Source: a virus (lineage: Duplodnaviria; Heunggongvirae; Uroviricota; Caudoviricetes). From it: a DNA stretch of 64,000 nucleotides. The position numbers and the translations under genes were made by a program. The stretch's first letter is position 1; each line of letters starts with the position of its first letter. Positions 19,520-29,499 of this stretch are shown here, one piece after another. The notes beneath the pieces are model-generated. The model did no database searches and was not told where the DNA came from. It saw only the letters and a list, made by a program, of their open reading frames with translations. The stretch lies in IMG/VR virus record IMGVR_UViG_3300017705_000602; one strand, written 5' to 3'.

Positions 19520-19996
19520 ATGAAGCGTATAAACGGTGCCGTAACCGCACAACAATCGTTGACCGGATCATTACAGTATTACACTTTGTACGCTTCGTCT
19601 CCTTTGTCAGTAAGTGACCCAAACCCAAACCCACCGGAGAATCAAGAGCTAACACGTTTGCTTAACATTCAGACAACAGGTGAAATAAAAGACCAAAGTC
19701 AAAAAAACTTCGAAATTATATTTCAGGCTATTGGCCTACGCTCAGTTCCAAGTATCATGAACGATCCTGAAGCAGTCAGTGATCTAAGTGTTGCAGGAGC
19801 GCCAACGCTGACCGGTGAAGGTTTTATTTGGAAATTTGTTACTTCCCAAGAAAAAATATTTTACGACTTTTCAAACGACAATCCAGTCGGCTTATTGATT
19901 AGCGACTTAGACGGACTTGTCATTGATAGTGGTGTTCAGCTTGTTACCACAGGCGGCAGCATTAATGTTGAGTTTACAAGCATGGATAAACTATGA
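19520..19996 (+). CDS. Putative virion structural protein (paralogue 3 of 3)
   Basis: AGGAG RBS; RING...QSLTGSL N-terminus. Confidence 0.7.
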   Translation: MKRINGAVTAQQSLTGSLQYYTLYASSPLSVSDPNPNPPENQELTRLLNIQTTGEIKDQSQKNFEIIFQAIGLRSVPSIMNDPEAVSDLSVAGAPTLTGEGFIWKFVTSQEKIFYDFSNDNPVGLLISDLDGLVIDSGVQLVTTGGSINVEFTSMDKL

Positions 19997-20760
19997 ATAA
20001 AAAACTAGATTTGCATTCTCAAGTTAGCGACTTAAACGATCGCGAACAGTATATTGCAGAAAGCCAAGGCATCACAAAACAAGATGCGCGAGATATTATA
20101 AAAGGTAGTTCGTTTTCCGAATATGTTACCATGGTCGAAGCCAATGCTGACCGGGGCTTTGTTGGAACCCAAACTACACAATCGGGCATGGCTCAGCCTA
20201 CGTCAACGGACCAAGAAATGAACACTCCGCGAACTCCTACAACAGCAAACAAGGATACCGAAGTTGATAGCAAAGAATTAGACAATGCTATTAATGATAT
20301 TTCAAGTCCGACTAAAAGAAACGAACTCGAAAGAATACGTGATAAAATGGACACTGATCCTGACAGCGCCAAGCAAGACCTTGAAGACTTTCAGCGACTC
20401 AACCCAGACTTGGCAGACGATAACAGTGTGCTAGGACAGTTCTTTGGTAACATGAAATCTGGCTTTATGCAAGGTTTTGCTAACGGCATGCGTACAGAAA
20501 GCTACGAGTTAAACCGAATACGAGAGCTAGCAGGATTAACAGAATCGGCAACCGCTGGTGCAACTGCATCGGGCAACATTGCATCGACTCCTTCGATAGT
20601 AGGAGATACTAGCGATTCGCATAAGCCGTCGGTTAAGCTACGCCGAAACAACAGACTAGAGCGCGAAGAGAAAAAGAAAGAAAAGGCCAAGCGCGATAAA
20701 CAAAAGCAAAAAGATGACGATAATGAAGAATCGGAAATCAGCAGACTTATTAAACGATAA
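19993..20760 (+). CDS. Putative internal head protein
   Basis: RIRELAGLTESATAGATASGNIAS motif; basic C-terminus. Confidence 0.6.
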   Translation: MNKKLDLHSQVSDLNDREQYIAESQGITKQDARDIIKGSSFSEYVTMVEANADRGFVGTQTTQSGMAQPTSTDQEMNTPRTPTTANKDTEVDSKELDNAINDISSPTKRNELERIRDKMDTDPDSAKQDLEDFQRLNPDLADDNSVLGQFFGNMKSGFMQGFANGMRTESYELNRIRELAGLTESATAGATASGNIASTPSIVGDTSDSHKPSVKLRRNNRLEREEKKKEKAKRDKQKQKDDDNEESEISRLIKR

Positions 20761-21199
20761 GTTTGGTTACTTAGTTAATCACGTTTTAGAATCCGTGCAA
20801 CGCGACACGGTGCCATTTCTGTATGACAAAAAAGAAATTTATCTTGGTAAGCACCTTATACGCAAGGAAGACCAAGCTTATGTTATATACAACGGCAAAG
20901 AATTAGTAAACGAAGAATGTTACTTTTTGCTCGAATCGGCAATGTTAGTTTCGTTGTCGCTACAAAAGAACAACTACACCCTGTTTCAACGTGTGGTAGA
21001 TCTGGACAAAAAGTTTACTAAATATTATTTCGATTGCGTACACATACACAAAGCAATAAAAGAACTAAGAAAAGGCGACGATGAAGATAACTTTCGTGCC
21101 AATGCATTAGTTGACAAATACTTTTATGCAAGAGAAAAGCGAAACTACATCAAAAAGTCGATTCGCAGTGTATGTTTAAGAAACATAAAGAAAAGATAA
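20714..21199 (+). CDS. Hypothetical protein
   Basis: 161-aa ORF; the start may be ATG 20723. Confidence 0.65.
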   Translation: MTIMKNRKSADLLNDKFGYLVNHVLESVQRDTVPFLYDKKEIYLGKHLIRKEDQAYVIYNGKELVNEECYFLLESAMLVSLSLQKNNYTLFQRVVDLDKKFTKYYFDCVHIHKAIKELRKGDDEDNFRANALVDKYFYAREKRNYIKKSIRSVCLRNIKKR

Positions 21200-21202
21200 A
21201 TA
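21195..21202 (+). promoter_or_regulatory. Late-type promoter motif
   Basis: GATAAATA 31 nt before ATG 21234. Confidence 0.65.
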
Positions 21203-21233
21203 CTAAAAAATTCCGAATATCAAAGGACATAAT

Positions 21234-22598
21234 ATGCTGTTGAAAGACTTCGAAAGTGCTTCAGATCGAAGATTTTCTGTAATAACACGTACATTGAAAG
21301 AGAACTTCAATGTTGCCATTCGCCAAGATACCTCATTAAAGGATCTTGATAAAATTGCTGAGTCGGTAGTGCAGAAAATTGAGAATCTTAAGCGACAAGG
21401 TAAACAAAGTGAAAAATGCCCTGAGCTGTCAAAGTATTTGTTAATGAAAGAAGCTGTACATATTCTTCAGGCAAAGCAAGAACTTAAAGAAAGTAAACAA
21501 GATGAAGTTTACGCTCAGATCATTAAATGGTTATGCGATTGCGTAGTTAAGTCGGTCACATACGGTGACGAATTTGAAGACTCTCTACGATCAGCAATGA
21601 AAGAATATAGATCAAGCCCGTATCGTTTTGACGACGAGCGTGTAATGAACGATGTATCTCGTTTGTGCCATCAGCGACTTGAAGACATGACTGCGGACGA
21701 CACTGCAAGAATGCGCGTACAAGAAAGCGGGTGTGTGTTGTCAGACTTGCTGAACGGCGACGAATTAAATGATTGTCAAGTGTGGGTCATTGATAAAACA
21801 GGTAAAGATTTGGACGGCGACATTCGTTCAAAGCTACACGACTTTTATGCATCGTTAGGCATCATGCCTGGTGAAGCAGACGATTTAGATAATTGGTACG
21901 CCGACCGTCTACAATCAGATTTTAACGTAGGCTGCGATAGCGAAACTGCACCTGCACCACAAGAACAGCCAGTCATTTTACAACAAGGTAAACACGAAAT
22001 GAAATTTGAAAGTAAAAGTATCACTGAAGGCTTTGTTAAGGATCTACGCAAATTGTTAGAATCCGAAGTAGAAGAAGCTGAAATTGTTATTGCAACAAAA
22101 GGCTTTAGCAAAAGCTTACAAGAAATGATCGAAAAGATCGGTCGTTTACAAAACGAAGACCTGCCGCCACTAGCAGACCAAATGCGCCAAAACTACGGCA
22201 ACGCCGAAGCACATGGTTTCCACGAAAAAACTCAGCTTACATTACAAAATGTTCTTGATGCATTATACGAATCAAAAGAACAAATTGATAATGCAGTACA
22301 AGAAATGGCACGTGGCAACTTAGACTTTAACATTGACATGGACCTTGATTCAGAAAATGGCGAAGAAGTTGCAGACGTTGATGCCGATTTAGACATTGAT
22401 GTCGAAGATCCAATGCCAGAAGTTGATACAGACCTCGATGCCGAATTAGGCGACATTGAAGCAGAGCTTGGCGATGTAGTTGACGATGCCGACGAAGACG
22501 AAGCACTAGGTCGTCCACGCAACGAATCGGCTAGAAAGATACTGGCATCTAAAATTGCTAAACTTGAAGAAGCACTAAAGAAAAAGAAAAAGGCATAA
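21234..22598 (+). CDS. Putative prohead core or scaffold-like protein
   Basis: Helical with an acidic tail; LLESEVEEAEIV...EDLPPL segment; MLLKDFES N-terminus. Confidence 0.55.
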   Translation: MLLKDFESASDRRFSVITRTLKENFNVAIRQDTSLKDLDKIAESVVQKIENLKRQGKQSEKCPELSKYLLMKEAVHILQAKQELKESKQDEVYAQIIKWLCDCVVKSVTYGDEFEDSLRSAMKEYRSSPYRFDDERVMNDVSRLCHQRLEDMTADDTARMRVQESGCVLSDLLNGDELNDCQVWVIDKTGKDLDGDIRSKLHDFYASLGIMPGEADDLDNWYADRLQSDFNVGCDSETAPAPQEQPVILQQGKHEMKFESKSITEGFVKDLRKLLESEVEEAEIVIATKGFSKSLQEMIEKIGRLQNEDLPPLADQMRQNYGNAEAHGFHEKTQLTLQNVLDALYESKEQIDNAVQEMARGNLDFNIDMDLDSENGEEVADVDADLDIDVEDPMPEVDTDLDAELGDIEAELGDVVDDADEDEALGRPRNESARKILASKIAKLEEALKKKKKA

Positions 22599-22909
22599 TG
22601 AGAGCACACGAAATACTAAACGAAAACACTGCTGAACAGCTTTTAGGAACAATGAATGATATCATTGCTACTAAGTCTGCCGAAGGCGCTGAAACAGTCA
22701 GTATTCCGGAATTAGTAATGTCTCTCAGAAACATGGGCTTTAATGCAACCGAAGAAGGAATTCTTGCAATTGCACCCGATAGCCCATTTGTTTTTTCTGT
22801 TAACGGAAGTGAGTTAAGCGTAGGCGAACGTCCTGACTTGGTCGACGCCGGAGAGAACTCCGATGATCAAGTTGATCAAATGGCTTCAAGCGCGGTAGAT
22901 ATAGGATAA
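22598..22909 (+). CDS. Small acidic putative virion protein
   Basis: MRAHEILNEN N-terminus; TAATG junction. Confidence 0.65.
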   Translation: MRAHEILNENTAEQLLGTMNDIIATKSAEGAETVSIPELVMSLRNMGFNATEEGILAIAPDSPFVFSVNGSELSVGERPDLVDAGENSDDQVDQMASSAVDIG

Positions 22910-22913
22910 GATC

Positions 22914-24059
22914 ATGTCAGACAGTTTTTTAACAGCAAGCGAAGCATCTAAAATCGCAAGCACTAATAAAATTGTTTTAAGAGAAATAAACTTAATACAA
23001 GAAAAGATTTTAGATGCAGTGCATAATTGTTCATCGGATGGTATCTGTTTGACAGGTAGCCTTTGCACAATTGTAGAAGGCGATACACCGATGACTTATT
23101 ACGGTTCAGTATCTGGTATTACAGTAACCAATGGCGGCACAGACTACTTTCCGGTAGTTGCCACAGCATCGTTTACAGGTTCAGGTACAGGCGCAACAGC
23201 AGACTTAACTGTAAACGAAAGCGGAGCCATTACTGATGTTACTGTAACAAACGGTGGAACAGGGTATACCACAGGCGGTTCGCCAGGCGGGCAGATCGCC
23301 AGCATAACTATCACTAACCCAGGCACCAGCGGCGGCTATTTAACATCAACTACTAGTATAGTAATAACCGACCCGACTGGCACAGGCGCGACTGCAACAG
23401 CAACCGCTGAATTTGGAGATATAGTTTCGATTACCGTAGACAATCCTGGTTCGGGGTATACCGACCCAACAGTGACTATTGTAGATTCGGGCGGCGACGG
23501 ATTAGGTGCAACAGCAGAAGCGGTGTTAACTACTGCTACGCCTGGAACACCAGATGCCGAAATAGTTGTCAGTCACCCCTCAGGAGTCGACTTTGAAGCT
23601 ACTACACAAGTAGATACAGGCACAGGCGAAATCACCGGTGTTACTATTGTGTCAAGTGGCTCAGGATACGGACCATTACTCCCGACTATTTCGCTAGCAA
23701 ACGCCGGGAATGGACAAACAGCAGAATTTGATGTTACTGTAGACGCAGGTGTGATAACCGATGTTAGCATAACTGAGTCGGGTTTTAGCTATCCTACTGA
23801 TACAACTGCAACTGTTACTCCTGCCCCGACATCATCGGGCACTGGCGCAACTGTTAGTTTAACAGTAACTGAACCACCACTTGCTGGCGTTGACCCGTAC
23901 AACTACTATTTGTATCTAAACGACCAGGACACTTCTTGTCCAGTTGAGAAAGATATACAGCACGTCATTTCGTACTTTCGAAAGAAAGGCTATTCAATTC
24001 AAGCAAAAATCAACCCAACAACAAATACTACAATTTTGTGGGAAATTTGCTGGTGTTAG
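22914..24059 (+). CDS. Thr/Gly-rich repeat virion protein
   Basis: About 6 copies of an (I/V)x(I/V)xNxGxGY-type repeat between non-repetitive termini. Confidence 0.7.
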   Translation: MSDSFLTASEASKIASTNKIVLREINLIQEKILDAVHNCSSDGICLTGSLCTIVEGDTPMTYYGSVSGITVTNGGTDYFPVVATASFTGSGTGATADLTVNESGAITDVTVTNGGTGYTTGGSPGGQIASITITNPGTSGGYLTSTTSIVITDPTGTGATATATAEFGDIVSITVDNPGSGYTDPTVTIVDSGGDGLGATAEAVLTTATPGTPDAEIVVSHPSGVDFEATTQVDTGTGEITGVTIVSSGSGYGPLLPTISLANAGNGQTAEFDVTVDAGVITDVSITESGFSYPTDTTATVTPAPTSSGTGATVSLTVTEPPLAGVDPYNYYLYLNDQDTSCPVEKDIQHVISYFRKKGYSIQAKINPTTNTTILWEICWC

Positions 24060-24060
24060 G

Positions 24061-24089
24061 TTGACATTCGAAAAGCATCCTGTTATTAT
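24061..24089 (+). promoter_or_regulatory. sigma70-type promoter
   Basis: TTGACA-17 nt-TATTAT with TGn; ATG 6 nt after the -10. Confidence 0.75.
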
Positions 24090-24100
24090 AGCAGGATGCT
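24074..24100. repeat. Inverted repeat spanning the promoter spacer, -10 and start codon
   Basis: AGCATCCTG-ttattatag-CAGGATGCT, 9-bp perfect arms. Confidence 0.85.
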
Positions 24101-24764
24101 ATTAAAACAACGATATACCTACACTGACTACCCGAGAGTCACAAAAAAGCAAGGACGCCACTACGATGTAGGAGGAATTCGTCCCTTACCCTCTGTAACT
24201 ACTGTTTTAGATAAGACTTCTGACAAGTCGGCCATTGTTGAATGGCGAGCTCGTGTTGGCGAAAAGGAGGCCAGCAAAATTACTACCCAGTCAGCAGGCA
24301 TAGGCAGCAAGCTACATTTAAACCTTGAGCATTATATACGAGACGGAAAAGAGCCAGACGGCAATTACTTTTCGCGTGTGCTGGCTAACTTGGTAATCAA
24401 GAAAGGACTAGTCAACGTAGACGAAGTTTGGGGCCTTGAAGCTCCTCTTTTCTTGACCGACTTGTATGCCGGTACAGTTGATTGCGTCGGTATACACAAC
24501 GGTGTTCCTGCCATAATCGACTTCAAGAATTCACGTAAAGATAAAAAGAAAGAATGGATTGAAGATTACTTTTTACAGCTAGTAGCTTATGCTGAAGCAC
24601 ACAACGAAATGTTCGATACTACAATCGAAAAAGGTGTTATCATGATGGGCTGCCATTCGGGTAACTATCAAGAATTTATTATCGAAGGCGATGAGTTTCA
24701 GCATTATCGGTCACTGTGGTACGATCGTCTTTATACCTTTTATAAATCGTACGTTTTTGAATAA
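24096..24764 (+). CDS. PD-(D/E)xK exonuclease (RecB-like)
   Basis: LPSVTTVL, E...AGTVDC...IIDFKNS, YFLQLVAY. Confidence 0.85.
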   Translation: MLLKQRYTYTDYPRVTKKQGRHYDVGGIRPLPSVTTVLDKTSDKSAIVEWRARVGEKEASKITTQSAGIGSKLHLNLEHYIRDGKEPDGNYFSRVLANLVIKKGLVNVDEVWGLEAPLFLTDLYAGTVDCVGIHNGVPAIIDFKNSRKDKKKEWIEDYFLQLVAYAEAHNEMFDTTIEKGVIMMGCHSGNYQEFIIEGDEFQHYRSLWYDRLYTFYKSYVFE

Positions 24765-24767
24765 ATA
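24760..24767 (+). promoter_or_regulatory. Late-type promoter motif
   Basis: AATAAATA 31 nt before ATG 24799. Confidence 0.55.
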
Positions 24768-24798
24768 CATAAAAGATTAAATCAAGGATTGATAAAGC

Positions 24799-27700
24799 AT
24801 GGCTGACCAACAAACAATTATTTCGGCAAGGATTCAGAACAGACGAGGGTTGAGACAAAATCTTCCCCAACCGTTACTGCCTGGCGAACTTGGTCTTGCA
24901 ACCGATACAGGGCAACTTTTTATTGGTGCAGACCCAACCGATCCTGCAAGTATTACATCACCGATTGTTGAAATTTATAACGATTTCATAACTGATACAA
25001 TATCAAACGAAGCAATCGAAAATTCATATGTTGCAGTAGCAAATCAAATACTGGGAACTGTACCCGAATTACCTGCCACAGTCAGCGTTAACACCACTAC
25101 TGGCTCAGGTGCAGAATTATCAGCAACCATCACTAATGGTGGACCAATTGACACAATCGAAGTAGTCAACGGCGGTTCCGGCTACACAGTTGGAGTATCT
25201 GCATCTATTGTCGATAGTGACACCAACAATCCCGGAAGCGGTGCAGTACTGTCAGTGACACGAACCGGAACATCTATTGCATCGATATCAATTGACGTTG
25301 CAGGATCCGGATATATTGATCCAGTGGTAGTCCTCGACGACGTTGCAGGATCCGGCGCTGAATTTAGAGCTACTGCATTGCGCGGCGAAATAACTGCAAT
25401 AGTACCTGACGCAGGAGGTACTGGCTACGAAGTAGGCGACGGCATCGAAATAGGCCATCCTTACGGTACAGGATTTGAAGCCACTGTAAGCTCAGTTAAT
25501 GGCTCAGGTGCCATTCAATCGGTTAACATTAACTTGCAAGGCAGAAACTATCAGCCAGTTCAATACGGGTATGTTATACGAGTTAAGTTGCAAGAGTATT
25601 CTTTTATTGGGCCAGATTCAACCCCAGAAACTGCGTTAGCGGCACCTGATATTCCTACTGACGATTTACCAGATAACAGCGCAATTATGTTTGTTCCAGA
25701 ATACGAAAGAATTGATTCAGAATATGCTGAACACGAATGGGCATTTATTGCTTACCGTAAACCAGTTGGTAAAAATATACCTTCGTTATCCTTTACTTAC
25801 GTTGATGATTTAAGCGTGCCGGAAGGAAGTCAAACAACCACAACGCAAAGTTTCAATGATGTTCATTTGGTTCCGTACCCGTTTGCAACTACTCCGTTTG
25901 ATAACGAACCATTTTATTCGTTTACTGGTAAGACGTTAGACTTATCCATTCAGTTCCCAGGTGACGAACCTTACAATTCAGCAGATGCCGCCGCAGTAGC
26001 ACAAGCAATAAACTGGGCATTTAACAACGGTGTAAGCGGATTTGAGTATATCAACGACGGTGCAGTCACTGACCAAGGAATAACTGGCGCGACCGGCCGT
26101 GGACGTGGTCTAGTAACAGTTGCCCAGAATATCGAAATCGAAACTGATCGTGGCAACAATTACAACAACGAAATTGCAACACTGGTACGAGAACTAAGGT
26201 CAACTGCAAGAATTGCTAACAACGATGAATTTAACACAGGGCTTGAGTCGCAATTTCCTAATCCTCGAATCACAGTAACTGATGATATTTTATCTCAAGT
26301 TATCATCGATACACAAGGTTCAGGATATCTGTTTCCGGTAGTTGCTGTTGAAGACTCAGTTGCCGAAACTAGAACTCCTCTAACTGATGGTCTAGGTGAT
26401 CCGGTAGTTAGTCTAGCACTAAATCGTTCTATCACTGACATCACAGTTGATAATGCCGGCAACGGATACATTTTATCTGCTGAGGCCCCTTCGGTAATCA
26501 TAGTAGACGAACCGCTCGGCGAACCTATAGGTGCTCCAGGCGACCAGTTTGACATTACAACTTACGATGGTGTTATCGCTGAAGTAATAGTCGAGAACGA
26601 AGGCATCGGGTTTACAGAAGCCGATTATCGTGTATACTGTGCTAACGCCGATACTAATGACCCAGTTGACTTTGACGTAATTATTACCAACGGTCGTGTG
26701 TCAGGTGTAAGAGTTAATTATGGCGGCAATGGATTTTTGTTCCCGAGAGTGTTTATATTCGATAAGCCTATATGGACACAGCCAAATGGCGCACAAGTTT
26801 TCGGGGAGCTAGCAAGCGACGAGCAAATAGTTCCTGTACTTGAAGTAAGCGGAATCGATGTCGAGCCAGGCACAACCGGATTACCGACATTGACCGGTAA
26901 TGAAACTGTGTTAATCAACAACGCAGACACCGGACTAGGTTCCGTGCTAGGGTTAACAGTGACTGATGCAGTAATAGAAGCATCAGCCGGAGCAATTGAC
27001 AGCAACAGCTTTACAGTTGATAATCCTGGTGAAAATTATACACTTGATTCGCGACTAGGAAAAACAATTCCGTATCAACAGAATCAATTACACGACAACA
27101 CAATTGATTCCGGTACAGGCAATCCGACTAATGCTAAACCTTATGTTACAATCGATGGTGTTGAATACCCAGGATTGTCAGTAAAGTTTTCAGTAGTCGA
27201 TGCGTTACTGGTTAAAGGTACAACAGGCAACGAAACGGAAGTGTCAACAATCGGCAGTAACTTTTCGCCTACTCAGACTCGTACACAAATAATTGATCCA
27301 AAAGGCGCAGCCCCTGGATTAACTGCAACTGCCGATGTTGAAGTCAGTAGTAATGAAATTTCGGATATTAATATCAGTAACAACGGCGCTGGATATTATA
27401 CTGCGGAAGTGTTAATAACAGGAACAGGCACCGGCGCTACTGCTAGTCCTGTAATAAGAAATGGTGTTATATCAAGCATTGATGTAGTCGATCCTGGGCA
27501 ATATTACTCGTACGAAACATTTACTATAAACTCACAAGCTGAGATTGATTACGACGATATTGAATTTAACGGAGTCGATGGAATTACCGGACCAGGCGGA
27601 AGCACAGTTATTTCACTTGAAAATCAAGGTGCAGGTTATACTCGTGCTCCGTTGGTCACGATAACTGACAACGGACCAGGCACAGGAGCCAGCGCATCTG

Positions 27701-29031
27701 CAGATATTACAGACGGTAATGGTAACCTGTTAGGATATGTAAGAGAAATTAACATTATAAATCCTGGCTCAGGATACAGTGACCCTGTGATAACTATCGG
27801 TACTCCTAACACTGATATTGCAGTAAATATTAATCAAGTCACCGGCGAAATTGATTCTGTAACAGTTAATAACGGTGGCGCCGGATACAATGTCAATGGA
27901 GCAGGAGATACTCGTATCGAAGCCGACCTTACACTGGACGATCCAGGCCCTGGAACAGGTGCCCAAGCCGAACTAGTGTTAACCGGAATTGTCGACAGCG
28001 TAACTGTAGATAACGGAGGTTCCGGGTATACTAATCCAACTGCAACAATTGACGATCCATCTGGTACAGGTGCAACTGTTACAGTAACCGAGTCCGGCGG
28101 TGTAATTAACTCCATTACAGTTGACACAGCCGGTTCAGGGTATACTGAGACACCTACTATTACAATTTCAGATCCAACTGGTACCGGTGCATCAGCTACT
28201 GTAATTGTCGACGGTATTGTCGAAGACGTGATAATATTAGACGGCGGCAACAATTATATCAACCCGACTGTAAATATACCCGGTTCTGCAAGTGCTACCG
28301 CAACGTTCGGAGTTATACCGTCGGGTACAGTGTTACCTGATAACTTTGTGTTGTCGTTAACTCCTAATCAGCAATTGGTAATTATAGACCGATATGCCGA
28401 CTTATCGGGCTCGTATTCTGGAGGCACAGGTGCTACAATAACACCGATTGTTAACGACGGTGTTATAACAGATATTGAATTTCCTCTTGCGTCTGACTTT
28501 GGTTTAGGTTATATATCGGATCCGGATATTACAATTCAGTCTACATCGGGCATTAATGCAAGAGTAAGCGCAACCACCGACATTAACAGTCGTATTACAA
28601 GCGTACAGATTTTAAACGGCGGTGTAGGCTATCCTTCTGCAGACAGTCCTTATCAGATTGATACCGCAACTCCGAACGCACCACTGCCAGATTTATACTT
28701 GGCGTTTTCGCCACCGGACGGTTTACGTTCAACTGGTATTTGGTATGACCTTGATGAAGCAGATGTGTTCACTATACGATACAGTATCAAGAACACAACT
28801 GACTTGAGAAAAGGTGAGTTAAGTGTCGGGGCAATTAACAATGAGTTCTTGATTGAAGATAGATTTCTAGACTTAACAAACGATACTGACCCGCTCAGAT
28901 TAACGTTTGTGCCAGAAATTGATTCAATAAATAACATTATCGAAATTAAATATAGTGCAAGAAACTTGCCTAGTGAAGATGTTAATCCTACTTCACTATC
29001 TACAAACACACTGAGATGGAAGAACTTCTAA
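24799..29031 (+). CDS. Large repeat-rich virion (tail or baseplate-associated) protein, 1410 aa
   Basis: N-terminal RIQNRRG...PGELGLATDTGQLFIG resembling the Mtd N-terminal fibre domain; about 20 xVxNxGxGY-type repeats. Confidence 0.75.
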   Translation: MADQQTIISARIQNRRGLRQNLPQPLLPGELGLATDTGQLFIGADPTDPASITSPIVEIYNDFITDTISNEAIENSYVAVANQILGTVPELPATVSVNTTTGSGAELSATITNGGPIDTIEVVNGGSGYTVGVSASIVDSDTNNPGSGAVLSVTRTGTSIASISIDVAGSGYIDPVVVLDDVAGSGAEFRATALRGEITAIVPDAGGTGYEVGDGIEIGHPYGTGFEATVSSVNGSGAIQSVNINLQGRNYQPVQYGYVIRVKLQEYSFIGPDSTPETALAAPDIPTDDLPDNSAIMFVPEYERIDSEYAEHEWAFIAYRKPVGKNIPSLSFTYVDDLSVPEGSQTTTTQSFNDVHLVPYPFATTPFDNEPFYSFTGKTLDLSIQFPGDEPYNSADAAAVAQAINWAFNNGVSGFEYINDGAVTDQGITGATGRGRGLVTVAQNIEIETDRGNNYNNEIATLVRELRSTARIANNDEFNTGLESQFPNPRITVTDDILSQVIIDTQGSGYLFPVVAVEDSVAETRTPLTDGLGDPVVSLALNRSITDITVDNAGNGYILSAEAPSVIIVDEPLGEPIGAPGDQFDITTYDGVIAEVIVENEGIGFTEADYRVYCANADTNDPVDFDVIITNGRVSGVRVNYGGNGFLFPRVFIFDKPIWTQPNGAQVFGELASDEQIVPVLEVSGIDVEPGTTGLPTLTGNETVLINNADTGLGSVLGLTVTDAVIEASAGAIDSNSFTVDNPGENYTLDSRLGKTIPYQQNQLHDNTIDSGTGNPTNAKPYVTIDGVEYPGLSVKFSVVDALLVKGTTGNETEVSTIGSNFSPTQTRTQIIDPKGAAPGLTATADVEVSSNEISDINISNNGAGYYTAEVLITGTGTGATASPVIRNGVISSIDVVDPGQYYSYETFTINSQAEIDYDDIEFNGVDGITGPGGSTVISLENQGAGYTRAPLVTITDNGPGTGASASADITDGNGNLLGYVREINIINPGSGYSDPVITIGTPNTDIAVNINQVTGEIDSVTVNNGGAGYNVNGAGDTRIEADLTLDDPGPGTGAQAELVLTGIVDSVTVDNGGSGYTNPTATIDDPSGTGATVTVTESGGVINSITVDTAGSGYTETPTITISDPTGTGASATVIVDGIVEDVIILDGGNNYINPTVNIPGSASATATFGVIPSGTVLPDNFVLSLTPNQQLVIIDRYADLSGSYSGGTGATITPIVNDGVITDIEFPLASDFGLGYISDPDITIQSTSGINARVSATTDINSRITSVQILNGGVGYPSADSPYQIDTATPNAPLPDLYLAFSPPDGLRSTGIWYDLDEADVFTIRYSIKNTTDLRKGELSVGAINNEFLIEDRFLDLTNDTDPLRLTFVPEIDSINNIIEIKYSARNLPSEDVNPTSLSTNTLRWKNF

Positions 29032-29034
29032 CAC

Positions 29035-29475
29035 ATGATACACTGGAACATGCTGTCGGCAAACGAACGAACAGATTTATGGCGCCAGGAACGTGAAAAG
29101 TTACAAACGTTAAGCAATGTTGAAAGGCTGCAAAGTCTTTCAACATTCTTTTCTCACGTACCGTACGGCAGTAGAGTAATTGATTATTACACCCCGTCAA
29201 ACTGGCTCACGCCTTGGGAGATATTGCACTACGGTACATTCTGTAGAAGCACTATCAGCTTATTGATATACCATACTTTAATTATTGTTGATCCAAATAT
29301 AAATATAAAACTTTGTTTAATTGACGACAAGGAAGACCTTTACTTGGTTGTAGTCGTCGATGAAACATTTGTACTAGGATATATTCCTGGTAGCATAGTT
29401 AAAGTTTCAGAAATTAAAGATTCTGTTCAAATCAAACAATCATTTCAAACTGAACAAATTAAAACATTCGCATAG
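29035..29475 (+). CDS. Hypothetical protein
   Basis: 146-aa ORF; WLTPWEIL motif. Confidence 0.7.
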   Translation: MIHWNMLSANERTDLWRQEREKLQTLSNVERLQSLSTFFSHVPYGSRVIDYYTPSNWLTPWEILHYGTFCRSTISLLIYHTLIIVDPNINIKLCLIDDKEDLYLVVVVDETFVLGYIPGSIVKVSEIKDSVQIKQSFQTEQIKTFA

Positions 29476-29499
29476 TACAAGTACACAACAAGGAGAGTT

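Noticed and set aside
24096-24764. Cas4 call for the PD-(D/E)xK nuclease
   Set aside because: Only two Cys, so no four-Cys Fe-S cluster; no CRISPR array or other cas genes seen.
13408-28253. Minus-strand ORFs within the structural block (13408-13839, 17577-18041, 22232-22609, 27834-28253)
   Set aside because: They overlap well-supported plus-strand genes completely, and their low-complexity translations mirror the sense repeats.
2309-29487. ACAAGTACACA 11-mer in two leaders (2309-2319 and 29477-29487)
   Set aside because: Many leaders here are AC-rich, and the two genes have no evident functional link; probably compositional.
29440-29499. NrdR box upstream of nrdA
   Set aside because: No acaCwAtATaTwGtg-like palindrome found by eye.
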